NCBI GenBank assembly: GCA_951406725.2
Contig: OX597827.1
Span: forward strand, 56,916,001-56,980,000
Direction: 5' to 3'
DNA length: 64,000 nucleotides
Source: Octopus vulgaris
Lineage: Eukaryota
Position numbers and translations under genes: made by a program. Shown here in pieces: positions 51,253 through 64,000 of the stretch (its first letter is position 1; each line of letters starts with the position of its first letter). Under the pieces are notes generated by a model. That model did not search any database and was not told where the DNA came from. It saw nothing but the letters and a program-made list of their open reading frames with translations.

Positions 51253-51275
<23 letters not shown>

Positions 51276-51570
51276 TAAATTTGTTTATGGTAATGTTTAG
51301 AATATGCAAATAAAGTTCCTATTCCATTATGCTGGCCACTGTCTAATGATGCTGACTAGTGAACCAGCTTTTTGGAGTTGCATCAAGTTGTATCGATGTA
51401 ATGTAGGATAAATATAATAATAATAACAATAATCATAGAATGCAATTTATAGGCATTTAAGGCATCTCTATGCGTGTTTCCATAAATCACATCACTTTTA
51501 AGTTCACAGTCTGTATTACTGGGCTGATTACAGTGTAATCTGTATTATCCATGGGCATCTGGTTGATCAC

Positions 51571-51606
<36 letters not shown>

Positions 51607-51643
51607 TCAGTCTCACTGCTTTGTACTTTGGGCAAGTATCTTC

Positions 51644-52062
51644 TATGAGAGCAGGCTGAAAAGTTTATAGGCTGATTATGAAGGAGTGGTGCTAGAGCTG
51701 TGAAAATCTTGCATGTGTTAATTTCAACACTTCTTATTAATAATTGAACTAACATCTAACTGTTCAAAGAAGACTTCAAAAGTAACCAGTAGCAATTTCT
51801 CTTAAAAATTGACAAAATTTGGCCTTCTGGTGTTATCAGGTACCAGCAGAAAAAGGGTTTAGACCCTAAGGACATTCATGCTGACATGGTTGCAACATTA
51901 GGGATGTCGTTCTGACTTTATCAACTGTGAAAAAGTGGGTAGTTTAATTTAGGAGGGGAAAGGAGAGTCTTGAAGATGACACAAGGTCAGGATGACCTGC
52001 AACAGCCATCATTGAGGAAACATTAATCATGTTCACCACATGGTGATGGATGCCAGATGATT
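51644..52062 (+). mobile_element. Mariner 5' fragment
   Basis: KKGLDPKDIHADMVATLG..STVKKWV..FRRGKESLEDDTRSG*PATA. TIR-like start tatgagagcaggctgaaaagtt. Confidence 0.7.
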
Positions 52063-52067
52063 AATCT

Positions 52068-52103
52068 CTAGTTTCAGGGTATTTGCCCCTTATCAGTGTG
52101 GAG
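52068..52103 (-). ncRNA. 3'-truncated hammerhead remnant
   Basis: Minus strand reads ctccaca CTGATAA gggg-caaata-ccct GAAA ctag, then breaks at the junction with a mariner fragment. Confidence 0.4.
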
Positions 52104-55100
52104 TAGCCGAATTCAGCAGGCTTCCAACAGCCGATGTAGATTAAGGCTATTCATAATTTTTTTTTGTTTGTTTGGTCTACTGAGAAATAGGGGAATTTGG
52201 TGTTTGTATGTCTACTACATAAATTTACGTACCATATTTTCTGGCATACTAGTTCACGTAAGTTTGTAGTATAAACATTCAAGCATCATTGTCTTTCCAA
52301 ATCTCACTGCATTTCACATGGAGATTTTGGTCTTCCCAAGTATTTTTAGTGTATAAGTTTAATATTTTTATTTTCTCGCTGTAAATTTTGAACTGTATAG
52401 ATACTATATGGAGTAAAGCCATAGTGATCATGGCTGGGTTGTCTATTAGTGATAGATGTAAAAAAACCCACAAAAATAAAAACCAGAAATGCATATTTTT
52501 ACAACATCAAAATCCTCTGTGATCTGAAGAATGCCAGTTATTTTTGGTTCTGTAATATCTATTGTAATTTTTTAAAAATCTTTCTATTATATCACAAATT
52601 ATCACTCAATCATTTTATTCAATTTTTCTTTAAATTAAAAAATATATATATATATCGTAATGATACTATAGCTTAAGATATATTTCCCGTAGGTCTTATT
52701 TGGTAAATTCCACTCAAAACATATTAAAGATATTGTATTATCTACACATTATGTGAGAATTTACCAGATAATTTCACTAAATCAATAAAAATTATATAAA
52801 GTTTTCTTATCTGGGCATTTCTGCTGAAGTTTTCTCTCTTGACATCAATCTCCAAACTTTATTTCCTTACCTTTAACTGGTTATACTGTACTCCATAAAC
52901 ATTATCAGCTGCTTCCTTGCAACATTTATTTGTTTTCTATCATTTGTTTTTTAACAATATAATTGCTAATTTTATATATGACAAAATGGATATCTGTCCA
53001 GTTTTGGCATTTAAATTCTTTTTGGTGTCCATTTGTTTGTCATTTGGCTGAGATTCTTGTGACCTCTTACTTACAATGCTTTCCTCATATTATGGCAAAA
53101 GTAGTCTACAAGGCTTAACTGAACTTCATTAACCCTTTCATTACTGTATTTATTTTGAGATGCTATGTGTTTCAATTATTTTAAATATAATATAGAATTT
53201 AGTAAAATAACTTAGTTATCATTCAGCTACTGTTAGGAACATAAATTATGACTAAGGTTTGGTGGAAGATTTTAATTCAAAACTTATGAAAACAAGACAT
53301 TTGTACTCAGAGCCAGGGCCAGTTTCAGCCGGGTTGGTCTCTTTCTCAGACATAAATTACAATAATCTCTAAGCAAATTAAAATAAGCCCAAAACATTTC
53401 TTTAAAAATCGAAGCAAATCAAAATTTTCCGAAATAAATTGAAACAATCTCAAAGCAAGTTAAAATAATACTGAAGCAATTTAAACACTAGTCATTCAGA
53501 TGAAACATAGCAGGTGTCTGTTTTGACTCATTTGAATTGATGTTGGTTCATTTCAAATCTAAGTTCGTTTCATCATTTAAATTTAGGCCTACAATAATGT
53601 ATCTGCTTGTTGATGACAAAAGTCAGTCTTAAGCTACATCATCATCATCACCACCACCACCACCAGCATCATTATCATCATCATCATCATCATCATCATC
53701 ATTGTTTAACGTTCGTTTTCCATGCTAGCATGGGTTGGATGACTTGACTGAGGACTGGCGAACCAGATGGCTGCACCAGGCTCCAATCTGATCTGGCAGA
53801 GTTTCTACAGCTGGATGCCCTTCCTAATGCCAACCACTCTGAGAGTGTAGTTGGTGCTTTTATGTGTCACCGGCACGAGGGCCAGTCTGGCAGTACTGGC
53901 AACAGCCACGCTCGAAATGGTTTTTTTTAAGTGCCACTTGCACAGAAGTCAGTCCAGCGGCACTGGCAATGACCTCACTTGAATGTTTTTTTCACCTGCC
54001 AGTAAGGCGACGCTACAGTTGCTGGTATTTCACAAAGTTAAACAAACAGGGTAAACTTGTTGGGGGAATCATTCAAGGAGTCTGTATTTGAAACTTGTAT
54101 ATGTGTACTGTCTGCTACTGAATGAGAAAATTGGGAATCCATTGCTACTGCACATGGTGTTACAAAGACAACAGCAAAGATTTGCATGAACAGAGATTGT
54201 GCATCACATTTGCATTGTGGAGGTATTGGGGACAAAATCAAGAACACAGAACATGACCACCTTGTGTCACTTGTTGAAAGGTTAAATGAATGCCTATGAT
54301 TAATATTGGTTTCAAATTTTGACATACGGCCAGCAATTTCAGGGAAATGAGTAAGTTGATTACATTAACTGTAGTGCTCAACTAGTACTTATTATATTGA
54401 TGCTGAAAGGATGACAGGCAAAGTCATTCTCAGTGAAACTTGAACTCAGAATGTAAAGATGGATGAAATGCCACTAAGCATTTTACCTTGCATTCTAACG
54501 ATTCTGCCAGATCACTACCATACCTGTGATTAATATTGAAGAATCTTTGCAAACATTTCCATTCAACATATAAATTGTGTCCCAACAAACTTGATAAAAG
54601 AATGATTTCATTGAAGCAAGTGTATTTACAACCAGAGTAACTGTCTTATATATTTCAAAAACATGATTCCCCAAAATGGAGGTGCAATGGGCCCAGTGGT
54701 TAGGGCAGTGGACTCGTGGTCGTAGGATCGCGGCTTTGGTTCCCAGACCGAGCGTTGTGAGTGTTTATTGAGCAAAAACACCTAAAGCTCCACGAGGCTC
54801 CAGCAGGGGGTGGTGGAAACCCCTGCTGTACTCTTTCTTTCAATTCCCCAAAACTCATAAAAGATGTTTTGATGCTTGGTTTGTTGCGAAATTAGGTATC
54901 AGAAACCTGGTTTGATGGTGTTATTTAATTAGAAAAAGATTTAATTTGTTTCAGGTTTATTTTGAATTACTTTTTGATTTATTACTTTTTACTTTTAGTT
55001 TTTAATTTAATGGTAATTACAATACTTTAATTTGTACTTATAAAGGTGTGAGAAGGTGTTTCTTGAACAATTGGAATAATGAGCCAAAGTGGATTATGAT

Positions 55101-56149
55101 TTTAAGATGGCAAACAAAAAACTGAAAATCATTTTAACAACCACTTTTCCATATTTGCATGGGTCAAATGGAATTTCTTGAAGCAGATTTTCTATGTTTG
55201 GATGCCTATCCTATTGCTAATTAATTTTACAGCTATGGTGATTTACAATTTATTTTATGAAAGAATAAGAGATATTGATAAACTTAACAAAAAGATTTAA
55301 GCCTGTTGCTTGTCATTTAATAATTTCACTTGTGGTAAAATTACATTTGCTATTGTAAAATCACACTTCAGAATTTTACAGCATATTCTATACTAAGGTT
55401 CAGTAATTCAAATTTTGGCTCAAGGTTAGCAATTTTAGAGAGGAGTAAGTTGATTATATTGACCCCAGTATTCAACTGGTACTTATTTTATTGACCCTGA
55501 AAGGATGAAATGCAAAGTCAACCTCAGAAGAATTTGAACTCAGAACATAAAGACAAAATGCTGCTAAGCATTTTTCTAGCATGCTAACGATTCTACCAGC
55601 TTGCCAAATTTTGGTACAAGGCTAGCAATTTCAGGGAGGAAGTAGGTTGATTGAATTGACCCCAATACTGAAGTGGTATTTATTTCATTGACCCCAAAAT
55701 AATGAAAGGTAAAGTTGACTTTGTGGAGGCGCAATGGCCTAGTGGTTAGGGCAGTGGACTCGCGGTCGTAGGATTGCGGTTTCGATTCCTAGACTGGGTG
55801 TTGTGTGTGTTTATTGAACGAAAACACCTAAAAGCTCAATGAGGCTCTGGCAGGGGGTGTTGGCGACCCCTGTTGTACTCTTTCACCCCAACTTTCCTTC
55901 ACCCTTTCTTCCTATTTCTTGAGTAATGCTGCAATGGACTGGCGTCCTGTCCAGCTGGAGGGAACACATACGCCATAGAAACCGGGAAACCAGGCCCATG
56001 AGCAAAGGGTGCATAAATAATAATAAAAAAAAAAATTACTTTGGTGGAATTGGAACTCAGAACATGAAGACAGACAAGATGCTGCTAAGCATTTCACCAG
56101 GCATACTAACGATTCTGCCAGTTCAGTAAACTTTGAAAAATAGCTGTGT

Positions 56150-57170
56150 TTATAACTTAGTAAGTCTTTGTCTCTCTGAAAATTCTGTACACACCTGATA
56201 TTCTTCTACTTTATGATAATGTTCTGAAATTCTTGAGATGCCTTACATACAATCATATTGGCATTTATGTAATTTAATGAGAATCTTGACTTTAGACAAG
56301 TTTTGAAAGTCTTTCCAATTTTGTTGCCATCTTTAATATGCTGTAGCTTTCGTCATCTTCCAACTGCAATCTGTTTCTTTGTTTGGTTTTAATATTTGTT
56401 AACATTGGAAACCCCAATTCACACCAATATATTGTGGTAAACAGGAGACACTCCCTAATTGCTTCATTGTCATCCATTCATTATTCTTTCCTTAACATTC
56501 AGCCAGGTTGATATATTCAACAGTTTTATTGAAATTACAACTGTCACATTGTTTGGAACTTTCTATAGACTATCCTTGAAATTTATTTGCATTGACAAAA
56601 TCCTCATGCAAATCATTAACGTCAGTTCTAAATGGCATTCTCACTCAATTGCATTTGTCAGATTCTTCTGTTGGAATGTAGTGACTGAGCTCTGTTATCA
56701 GTTTTGCAAGATGATTCAAGATAAATATTCCGTATATCATTAAATTTATTGCCACAATCTTCTTTCAGCAGAATAGATGCAGGAAGTGGTGTAGATTTTT
56801 CTTGATCTATTTTCCTATTTTTCACATTAAATACATTTATTTCTTCCTTAAAATCTATAATTATTTGATTATGGCTCTGTAGAGCATATTTAAGTAATTC
56901 AGTTCAGACAAAGATATCAGTGAGATAAGCAAAGAGAAGTATCCACTTGTAATCTGGAAATCTTGAAGTTTAAGGATGATATTTAAAAAAAAAAAAAAAA
57001 AAAAGATTCTACTTAACTTCTGGTAGAACTTTTTCATGATATAACCATCTGAATTCCTGAGTAATGGGATAAGTGTTCATGCTCAGATCTGACTGAACAA
57101 CAAAAATAATTGAAAAGTTTGTTACTTGGAGATTTTGATATTATAAAACTTACCATTTGAATGATGCTAT
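56150..57170 (-). mobile_element. Decayed hAT (Charlie/Buster-type) transposase fragment
   Basis: LLFTTIYWCELGFPMLTNIKTKQRNRLQLEDD resembles the hAT C-terminal dimerisation motif. Confidence 0.65.
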
Positions 57171-57810
57171 TCATTCATCATCATCCTCATCATCAGCATC
57201 ATCATCATTTAGCATCTGATTTCCATGTTTTCATGAGTTAGATGGTGTAACTGGAACTGGTAAGCCAGAGAGCTGTATCAGGCTCCAGTCTAGTTTGGCT
57301 TGGTTTCTATGGCTGGATGCCCTTCTTAATGCCAACCACTCCAAGAGTAGTTGGCTTCCCACAATAAAACAAGTGAAGTATTTATTACTTACTCTTTTAC
57401 TCGTTTCAGTCATTTGACTGTGGCCATGCTGGAGCATCGCCTTTAATCAAGCAAATCGACCCCAGGACTTGATAATAATAATATGATAATAATAAAAGGA
57501 AATCAGAATAGAATACTCAGTAGAACTGTTACAAGAGGTTTACCTCCTTGACATGACCAAAATAATCAGGAAAGTATTCAATAGTTGAAAAGAACAGATA
57601 GCATGGTACTGTAGGCTGCAGGTAGCAAGCCCACTATGTATGCAAGACTCCAGGAGTTACAACAAAACCTGAGATGAAAAGAATAAAAATATCATAACAA
57701 TATGTTTGAACATTGGAGAAATGAAATGAAGAAAACAAATGTCAGACAAAACTTTTTGTTGCTGTTCAAAGTTTGGTGAATATTTTCTGTAATTTCCTGT
57801 TCATTATTTT

Positions 57811-58148
57811 GTGAAGGTGCATGGCTCAGTGGTTAGAGCATCGAGCTTACGATCATGAAGTTGTGAGTTCGAATCCTGGACCGGGCTGTGTGTTGTGTTC
57901 TTGAGCAAGACACTTTATTTTACCTTGCTCCAGTTCACTCAGCTATAGAAATGAGTTGCGACGTCACAGGTGCCAAGCTGTATCAGCCCTTGCCTTTCCC
58001 TTGGATAACACTGGTGGCGTGGAGAGGGGAGGCCAGTATGCATGGGCAACTGCTGGTCTTCCATAAACAACCTTGCCTGGTCTTGTACCTGGGAGGGTAA
58101 CTTTCTAGGTGCAATCCCATGGTCAGTGTCATGACCGAAGGGGGTCTC
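57811..58148 (+). mobile_element. Second tRNA-derived SINE family. Copies at about 2776-3100, 3235-3572, 22148-22475 and 59953-60268; related head at 17137-17395, 14035-14350(-) and 55724-56030.
   Basis: tggctcagtggttagagc...gagttcgaatcc A/B boxes. The copy at 14035-14350 has a 13-bp TSD tatatgtacttaa. Confidence 0.8.
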
Positions 58149-58719
58149 AGATTTTGCCCTCAAATCCAACAGTATTTTAATTCATGTTTAGTGTTTAGCA
58201 AATATCTTCATAAGTCAGACTGAAATTAGTCATTCATATGTAGCAATATATAACATTACAGGAAAGAATTTTGCATTTAGAAAGTAAATTAAAGCTTTAA
58301 CGAATTACTTCATGACCCACTGATAAAAACTTGATGACCCAACTATGGGTCATGACCCTGAGTTTAAGAAACACTGCTCTGGAAGTTATTAATGCCATTG
58401 CCAGGAACGCAAATTCAAGTGTAAGGTCATGTGACTGTGATGATAATAATAATAATAGTAATAATAATAATCATGCTGCTGCTGCTGATGATGATGATGA
58501 TAATAATATCCATTAATATTTACTTAAAACAAATTTATATATTGTAAATAAAATCTGAGTTGTAAGAGTTGTTTTGCAATGCTTACAAAATCGATTTTGC
58601 ATTTTGAAAAATGTTTTCTATTTTTATTCCCTTTTTTTTTTTTATGATAAATGAATATGATTTCATAAAGTAAAGTAACATGTTTCTTCTTTTTTTTCTT
58701 TTATACTTCTGCATTTCAG

Positions 58720-58846
58720 AGCACTGTTTGAAGAACATAAATTGGTATTTTCATTTTTACTTTGTGCAATGATAATGAAAGAGAAAAACGATGTCTTGCC
58801 TGAAGAATGGAATTATTTTCTGCGTGGCGCTGGGGGATTAGATGAG
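58720..58846 (+). CDS. DNAH6: DNAH6-like exon 13 (last in window; gene continues)
   Basis: cag|A..GAG|gtaaaa, 127 nt. Reads ALFEEHKLVFSFLLCAMIMKEKNDVLPEEWNYFLRGAGGLDE. Not in the ORF track. Confidence 0.9.
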
Positions 58847-60797
58847 GTAAAATTCAAATACTGAAATAAATCTCAACCTATAGCTGAGAAGTAAACATCT
58901 GCTGTTTATAAAATTGTGTGTGTGTGTGTATTTTTTTTTTTTTTAGTATGTGTCCTGCTAGATTTAGATATTGGCTTTATGGCTTTGAGGTAAACATACG
59001 CCTAAAATTCTTAACATCATTAAATTAGAACTTGTCATTTGATAATGTATGGAACAGAATTGGCCAATTTATCAACTATTTTGAATACTGAGCTGTATTT
59101 AGTGAGATGCTTGTTTCAAATGTATTTATAGTCTTACTATTTCTAAACTAAAATAATAGATTTTTATTTTTATGAAAAAGTTCTTTTTGCTTTGAAGATT
59201 TGCAGAAGATGGAATAGTCAAGTAAGTCTGCTGTAGTTCATATGTTACCTGTTGCTTAACCCCAGATTGGTTCTGGTTGAGTAACCTTATGATCAAAAAT
59301 ATTTCACCTATGATCATCTGATGGTTTCTTTTTTATCAAATATAATATATCTAGTGCTGTATAATATAAAGTATTCTTCCTTTATTTAAAATGCTAATGT
59401 GCCCATGCTAGTAGGGTGCCAAGAGCACTATCTGAGCGTGATCGTTGCCGGAGGGCATGATTCATGTGTGATCGTTACCAGCGTCGCCTTACTGGCACCT
59501 GTGTAAAAAGATTCAAGCGAGGTCATTGCCAGTACCGCCTGACTGGCCCCGTGCAGGTGGCACATAAAAAGCACCCACTACACTCTCGGAGTGGTTGGCA
59601 TTAGGAAGGGCATCCAGCTGTAGAAACTCTGCCAGATCAGACTGGAGCCTGGTGCAGCCATCTGGTTCACCAGTCCTCAGTCAAATCGTCCAACCCATGC
59701 TAGCATGGAAAGCGGACGTTAAACGATGATGATGATGATGAATGAGTGAGATTTGGCTCCTGATGTATTATACTCTATATAGCTTGTTACTGAAGTGATT
59801 GAGTACAAATCTCTCAATGTTTGTGTTACCTATGAACCAGGTGAGAATTAATAAAATAAGAAGATGTGATTTAATCAAATCTACCCAAGCAAAAAATTAT
59901 AAGTATCCCTACTTTGAAGACAACAGTTTTAATTGCACATTTCTAAGTTAGTGGTGAAGCCACATGGCTCAGAGCATTGGGCTCATAACCATGAGGTAGT
60001 GAGTTCAATTACCAGCCTGTGCTGTGTTTTGTGTTATTGAGCAAGACACTTTATTTCATGTTGCTTCAGTTCACTCAGCTGTAGAAATGAATTGCAGCAT
60101 CACTGGTGCCAAGCTGTGTCAGCCTTTGTCTTTCCCTTGGATAACATCAGTGGCATGGAGAAGGGAGGCTGGTATGCATGGGTGACTGCTGGTCTTTCAT
60201 AAACAACTTTGCCCAGACTTATGTCTCGGTGGGGAATCTTCTAGGTGCAATCATATGGTCATTCATGATATATATATATACTTTATTTAAAGCAGAAGAA
60301 AATTCAACAAAACCTGTTACTCTGAGTTTCCCGTTGCTGTTCATTTTTAAACGATGAACGGCAACAGGAAACTCAGAGTAACAGGTTTTGTTGAATTTTC
60401 TGCTGCTTTAAATAAAGCATATTACTCTACCACTGGTATTTGAGTACTCTTTTTTTCCACCTTGTTTCACATTTATGTGTTTACTCCGGTATATATATAT
60501 ATATATGTTGAACTGTTCAATTGAATATGTGTGATCTAGGAAAAATTCTGTCCATATGTCATATATGTAATGAAAATTTGGGACTGTTAGTTACGGTTTT
60601 GGAATTTTTAATGGAATTATATTGAGGAAAATTAGAGAAGCAAAATTGTATGTATTGAATCATCAAAAGTGTAGTCTATGAAGGAGAGAAGGTGAAAAAG
60701 TTACTACTCAGTTCACATTATTCTAAACCCTTTAGTAGTTAATTACTATTTTTAAATATCACAACGAGAGATATTCAGCAACAGTACTTTGGAGTAA

Positions 60798-60939
60798 AGA
60801 TTTTTGCTAACATAACATGGCAGTCCTGGTTTAGGACGAATGTTGTTGTAATTTAGCCCCAGGAGACATATCTCCAGCTAGGTATACAACACAATCTGTG
60901 TCCTAAACCAGGACTGCCATGTTATGTTGGCAAAAATCT
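60798..60939. mobile_element. 142-bp MITE-like hairpin with 40-bp inverted arms
   Basis: 60798..60837 versus 60900..60939, one mismatch. Confidence 0.7.
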
Positions 60940-61544
60940 GCCCCTTTTTTCTTTCTTTCCCTTCATTCTCACCTTCCCTCCTCTTTTACCTCACTCTGTC
61001 CCTTTCGTTTTTCTTTCTTTCTCATCTCTCCCTAATTCTTCTATCTCTCTGCCTCTATCTCTCTCCCCTCCTTCCACATGGCTGGTGTTCCACTATGCCC
61101 GACCTTTCTTTTTTGGTTTGACTACCATCTGTGCAACATCTATATTCCTTCCCATGACTATCAACTCTTATGTCCCTGCCATAAGGCTTCACTCTCACAC
61201 ATGCCAGCTTAATTTAAATCGTCCTTAGCTGAAAGATACCTACAGTTTGCATTTGTATTTGTGTACCATTTCTCTGTATTTTTTGTCTTTGTTTTCATAT
61301 ACATTCGCTTGCTTTCTTCCAAGGAATTTAGTGCTGTTAGCTTAAAAATTTCTTGGGGCTGGCCAAATTGGAGCGGTCTCAAATATAACCAACTGAAACT
61401 GCTGAGAAGATCTGGAACTTGACTGAGGAGAGAAAACTCCGAATGACCCATCCTTGTTTCTTCCTGTCCCTTTTTCTATCGTCTACCTGTCTGAATGCTT
61501 TGTTGTTGCCTGTTGCATTCTTCCATTTTATGTATTCTTTATAG

Positions 61545-61820
<276 letters not shown>

Positions 61821-62698
61821 CGATAGGCTTCTTTCAGTTTCTGTCTACCAAATCCACTCACAAGGCTTGCTCAAGGTGCCATGCAGAGGGACTGAACCCA
61901 AAACCATGTGGTTGTAGATGAAGCTTTTTACCACACAGTTGTGCCTGTGCCTATGTTTAAGTACCAGGATTAAAAGAAAAATAAGTACTAGGGTTAATTT
62001 TTTTAACTAAACCCTTCATGGTGGTGCTCCAGCTTGGCTGCAATTCATATGTTATTACGTGGGTATTGGCATGGCTGGCTGTTTAAAAAAGTTCACTCTG
62101 CAATCATAAGTTGTCTTCGATTGTATCTTGAACAAGTGTGTTCTACAATAGCCACAGAACAATCTTAGCCTTGTAATTGAGATAGACCAGAGAGAAACTG
62201 TATAGAGACATGTCAAACAGACTGCAACTGTTATTCAAAGAGCCAATGTCATTACATTAATGGTATAAGTATCTGTGAAACACTCAATGATTTGCACTCT
62301 AATTCCCTGAGTTGATCATTTCATTGATTGAATGACTGAAATACTATCAAAACTGCTGTGCAATTTGTCTACTTTCCTTGTGTCTGTTTGGATTTTGCTG
62401 GATTTGTGTATTCATCATCATAATGATAGGATGTGAGCATACAGTGTTTGTTTGTCAAGGGAATTACTTATGTAGACAGTAATATAAGTAAATTAGAAAA
62501 TGGTATATATTGACATGAATTTTTATATCCAGGTCTGGCTGTGTGGTTAAGACTGTCACTTTGCAACCGTGTGGTTTTGAGTTCAGTCCCAGTACATGAT
62601 AGGTACTGTGGACAAGTAACTTTTTCTATAGCCTCAGGCCAACTAAAGCTTTGTAACTGGATTTGGTCGATGGAAACTGGAAGAAGCCCATTGTGTAT

Positions 62699-62740
<42 letters not shown>

Positions 62741-62965
62741 TCAAGATGCCACACAGTGGGACTGAATCCAGAAATTTGAACTCAGAATGTGATGATGGAT
62801 GAAATGCCACTAAGCATCTCACCCAGTGTGCTAACGATTCTGCCAGCTTGCTGCCTTAATAATTATAATAATAATAATGATAATAATAATAATAACAATA
62901 ACAATAATAATAATAATAATGATAATAATAATAATAATAACAATAACAATAATAATAATAATAAT

Positions 62966-64000
62966 AGCAACCCCCACACATGGATCCTCGAAACACTAGC
63001 CATTAACAAAGTAGCACCAACAATCATAAAATTCATAGAGCACTCTATGAATAAATGGCAAACAGTCCTACACCTCCAAACAAAAGAGGGACTCATGAAA
63101 ACCAAAGACATCCCCATTAGAAGAGGAATATTCCAGGGAGACACGCTCTCTCCACTCCTTTTCTGCTTGGCACTGTCACCTCTATCTGATATGCTAAATA
63201 GAACTGGATGCAGATATAAATGTTACGGCAAAACGATCAGCCACCTTTTATATATGGATGACCTAAAACTATACGCTGCAAATGACAAACAGCTGGAAAC
63301 ACTATTAAAGACAGTTCATGGATTTACCAAAGAAATAGATATGAAATTTGGATTAGAAAAATGCGCCAAAGTAACCATGAAAAGAGGAAAACTAGTTAAG
63401 AGTAACAACATCACACTAGATAAAACCAATGAAATAAAAGAATTAGACCAAAGCCAAACTTACAAATACTTAGGAATCCATGAACTAGATAAGACACAAC
63501 ACACACAAATGAAAGAGAAAATAAAAAAAGAATATTATAGACGAGTTAGATCAATACTAAACACAGAGCTCAATGCTAAAAACAAGATAATAGGTATCAA
63601 CACTTAAGCTGTCCCAGTTATAAGTTACAGCTACAATATCCTTAACTGGACACGAAATGAACTGACCAAAATAGATAGGAAAACAAGAAAAATAATGACA
63701 GGATCTAGGATGCATCACCCAAAATCTGACATAGAAAGACTATATATACAACGTATAGAAGGTGGTAGAGGCCTTATACAGCTGGAAAACTACTATAAAA
63801 TAACCACCATAGGACTGCAAAAATATCTACTTCAGAAGGAAGGAAAACTGATCCAGATAGCGGCAAAACACGAGCAAAACAAAAAACTGTTCTCAGTATT
63901 TAAGGAAGCTGACAAATACAAACAAGAAATCATACCACCTAATAAACATGAAGAAGAAGAAGAAGATGAAGAAACAACAAAAGCTATAAAACAAATGAAA
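62966..64000 (+). mobile_element. 5'-truncated R4/Dong-like non-LTR retrotransposon RT, inserted at (AAT)n, one in-frame stop
   Basis: RT motifs RRGIFQGDTLSPLLF, SHLLYMDDLKLYA and MKFGLEKCA. TAA at 63605-07; the same frame continues AVPVISYS...HHPKSDIERLYIQRIEGGRGL to the window end. Confidence 0.88.

Noticed and set aside
52760-52830. Minus-strand KLYIIFIDLVK RT-like motif
   Set aside because: Too short and degraded to assign; at most an ancient LINE scrap.
61421-61450. CTGAGGA-gag-aaaa-ctc-cGAAT
   Set aside because: Lacks GAAA, stem III and stem I complementarity.

Overview
This is AT-rich, microsatellite- and SINE-dense animal DNA; the repeat families point to an octopus or other coleoid cephalopod (inference). 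The whole window lies inside one + strand axonemal dynein heavy chain gene, most like DNAH6. It has 13 GT-AG exons (1764..58846, 2158 nt, all splice phases compatible) covering the end of AAA4, the stalk/MTBD, AAA5 and the linker toward AAA6. The introns hold tRNA-derived SINEs, RTE/HERO/R4 LINE fragments, mariner/Tc1/hAT/piggyBac relics and MITEs. The main finding is a 491-bp near-identical tandem array in intron 4 (17695..20022). Each unit encodes a complete type I hammerhead ribozyme, and the array folds back into a spacer-less ~623-bp palindrome whose axis (18317|18318) is exactly the predicted GUC cleavage position. It looks like a young retrozyme (non-autonomous, Penelope-associated, circRNA-forming retroelement). 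About nine further intact or decayed hammerhead motifs from several families occur in the window, mostly beside (TA)n/(ACAT)n tracts and often with inverted junctions. All folds were made by eye and need computational and biochemical confirmation.
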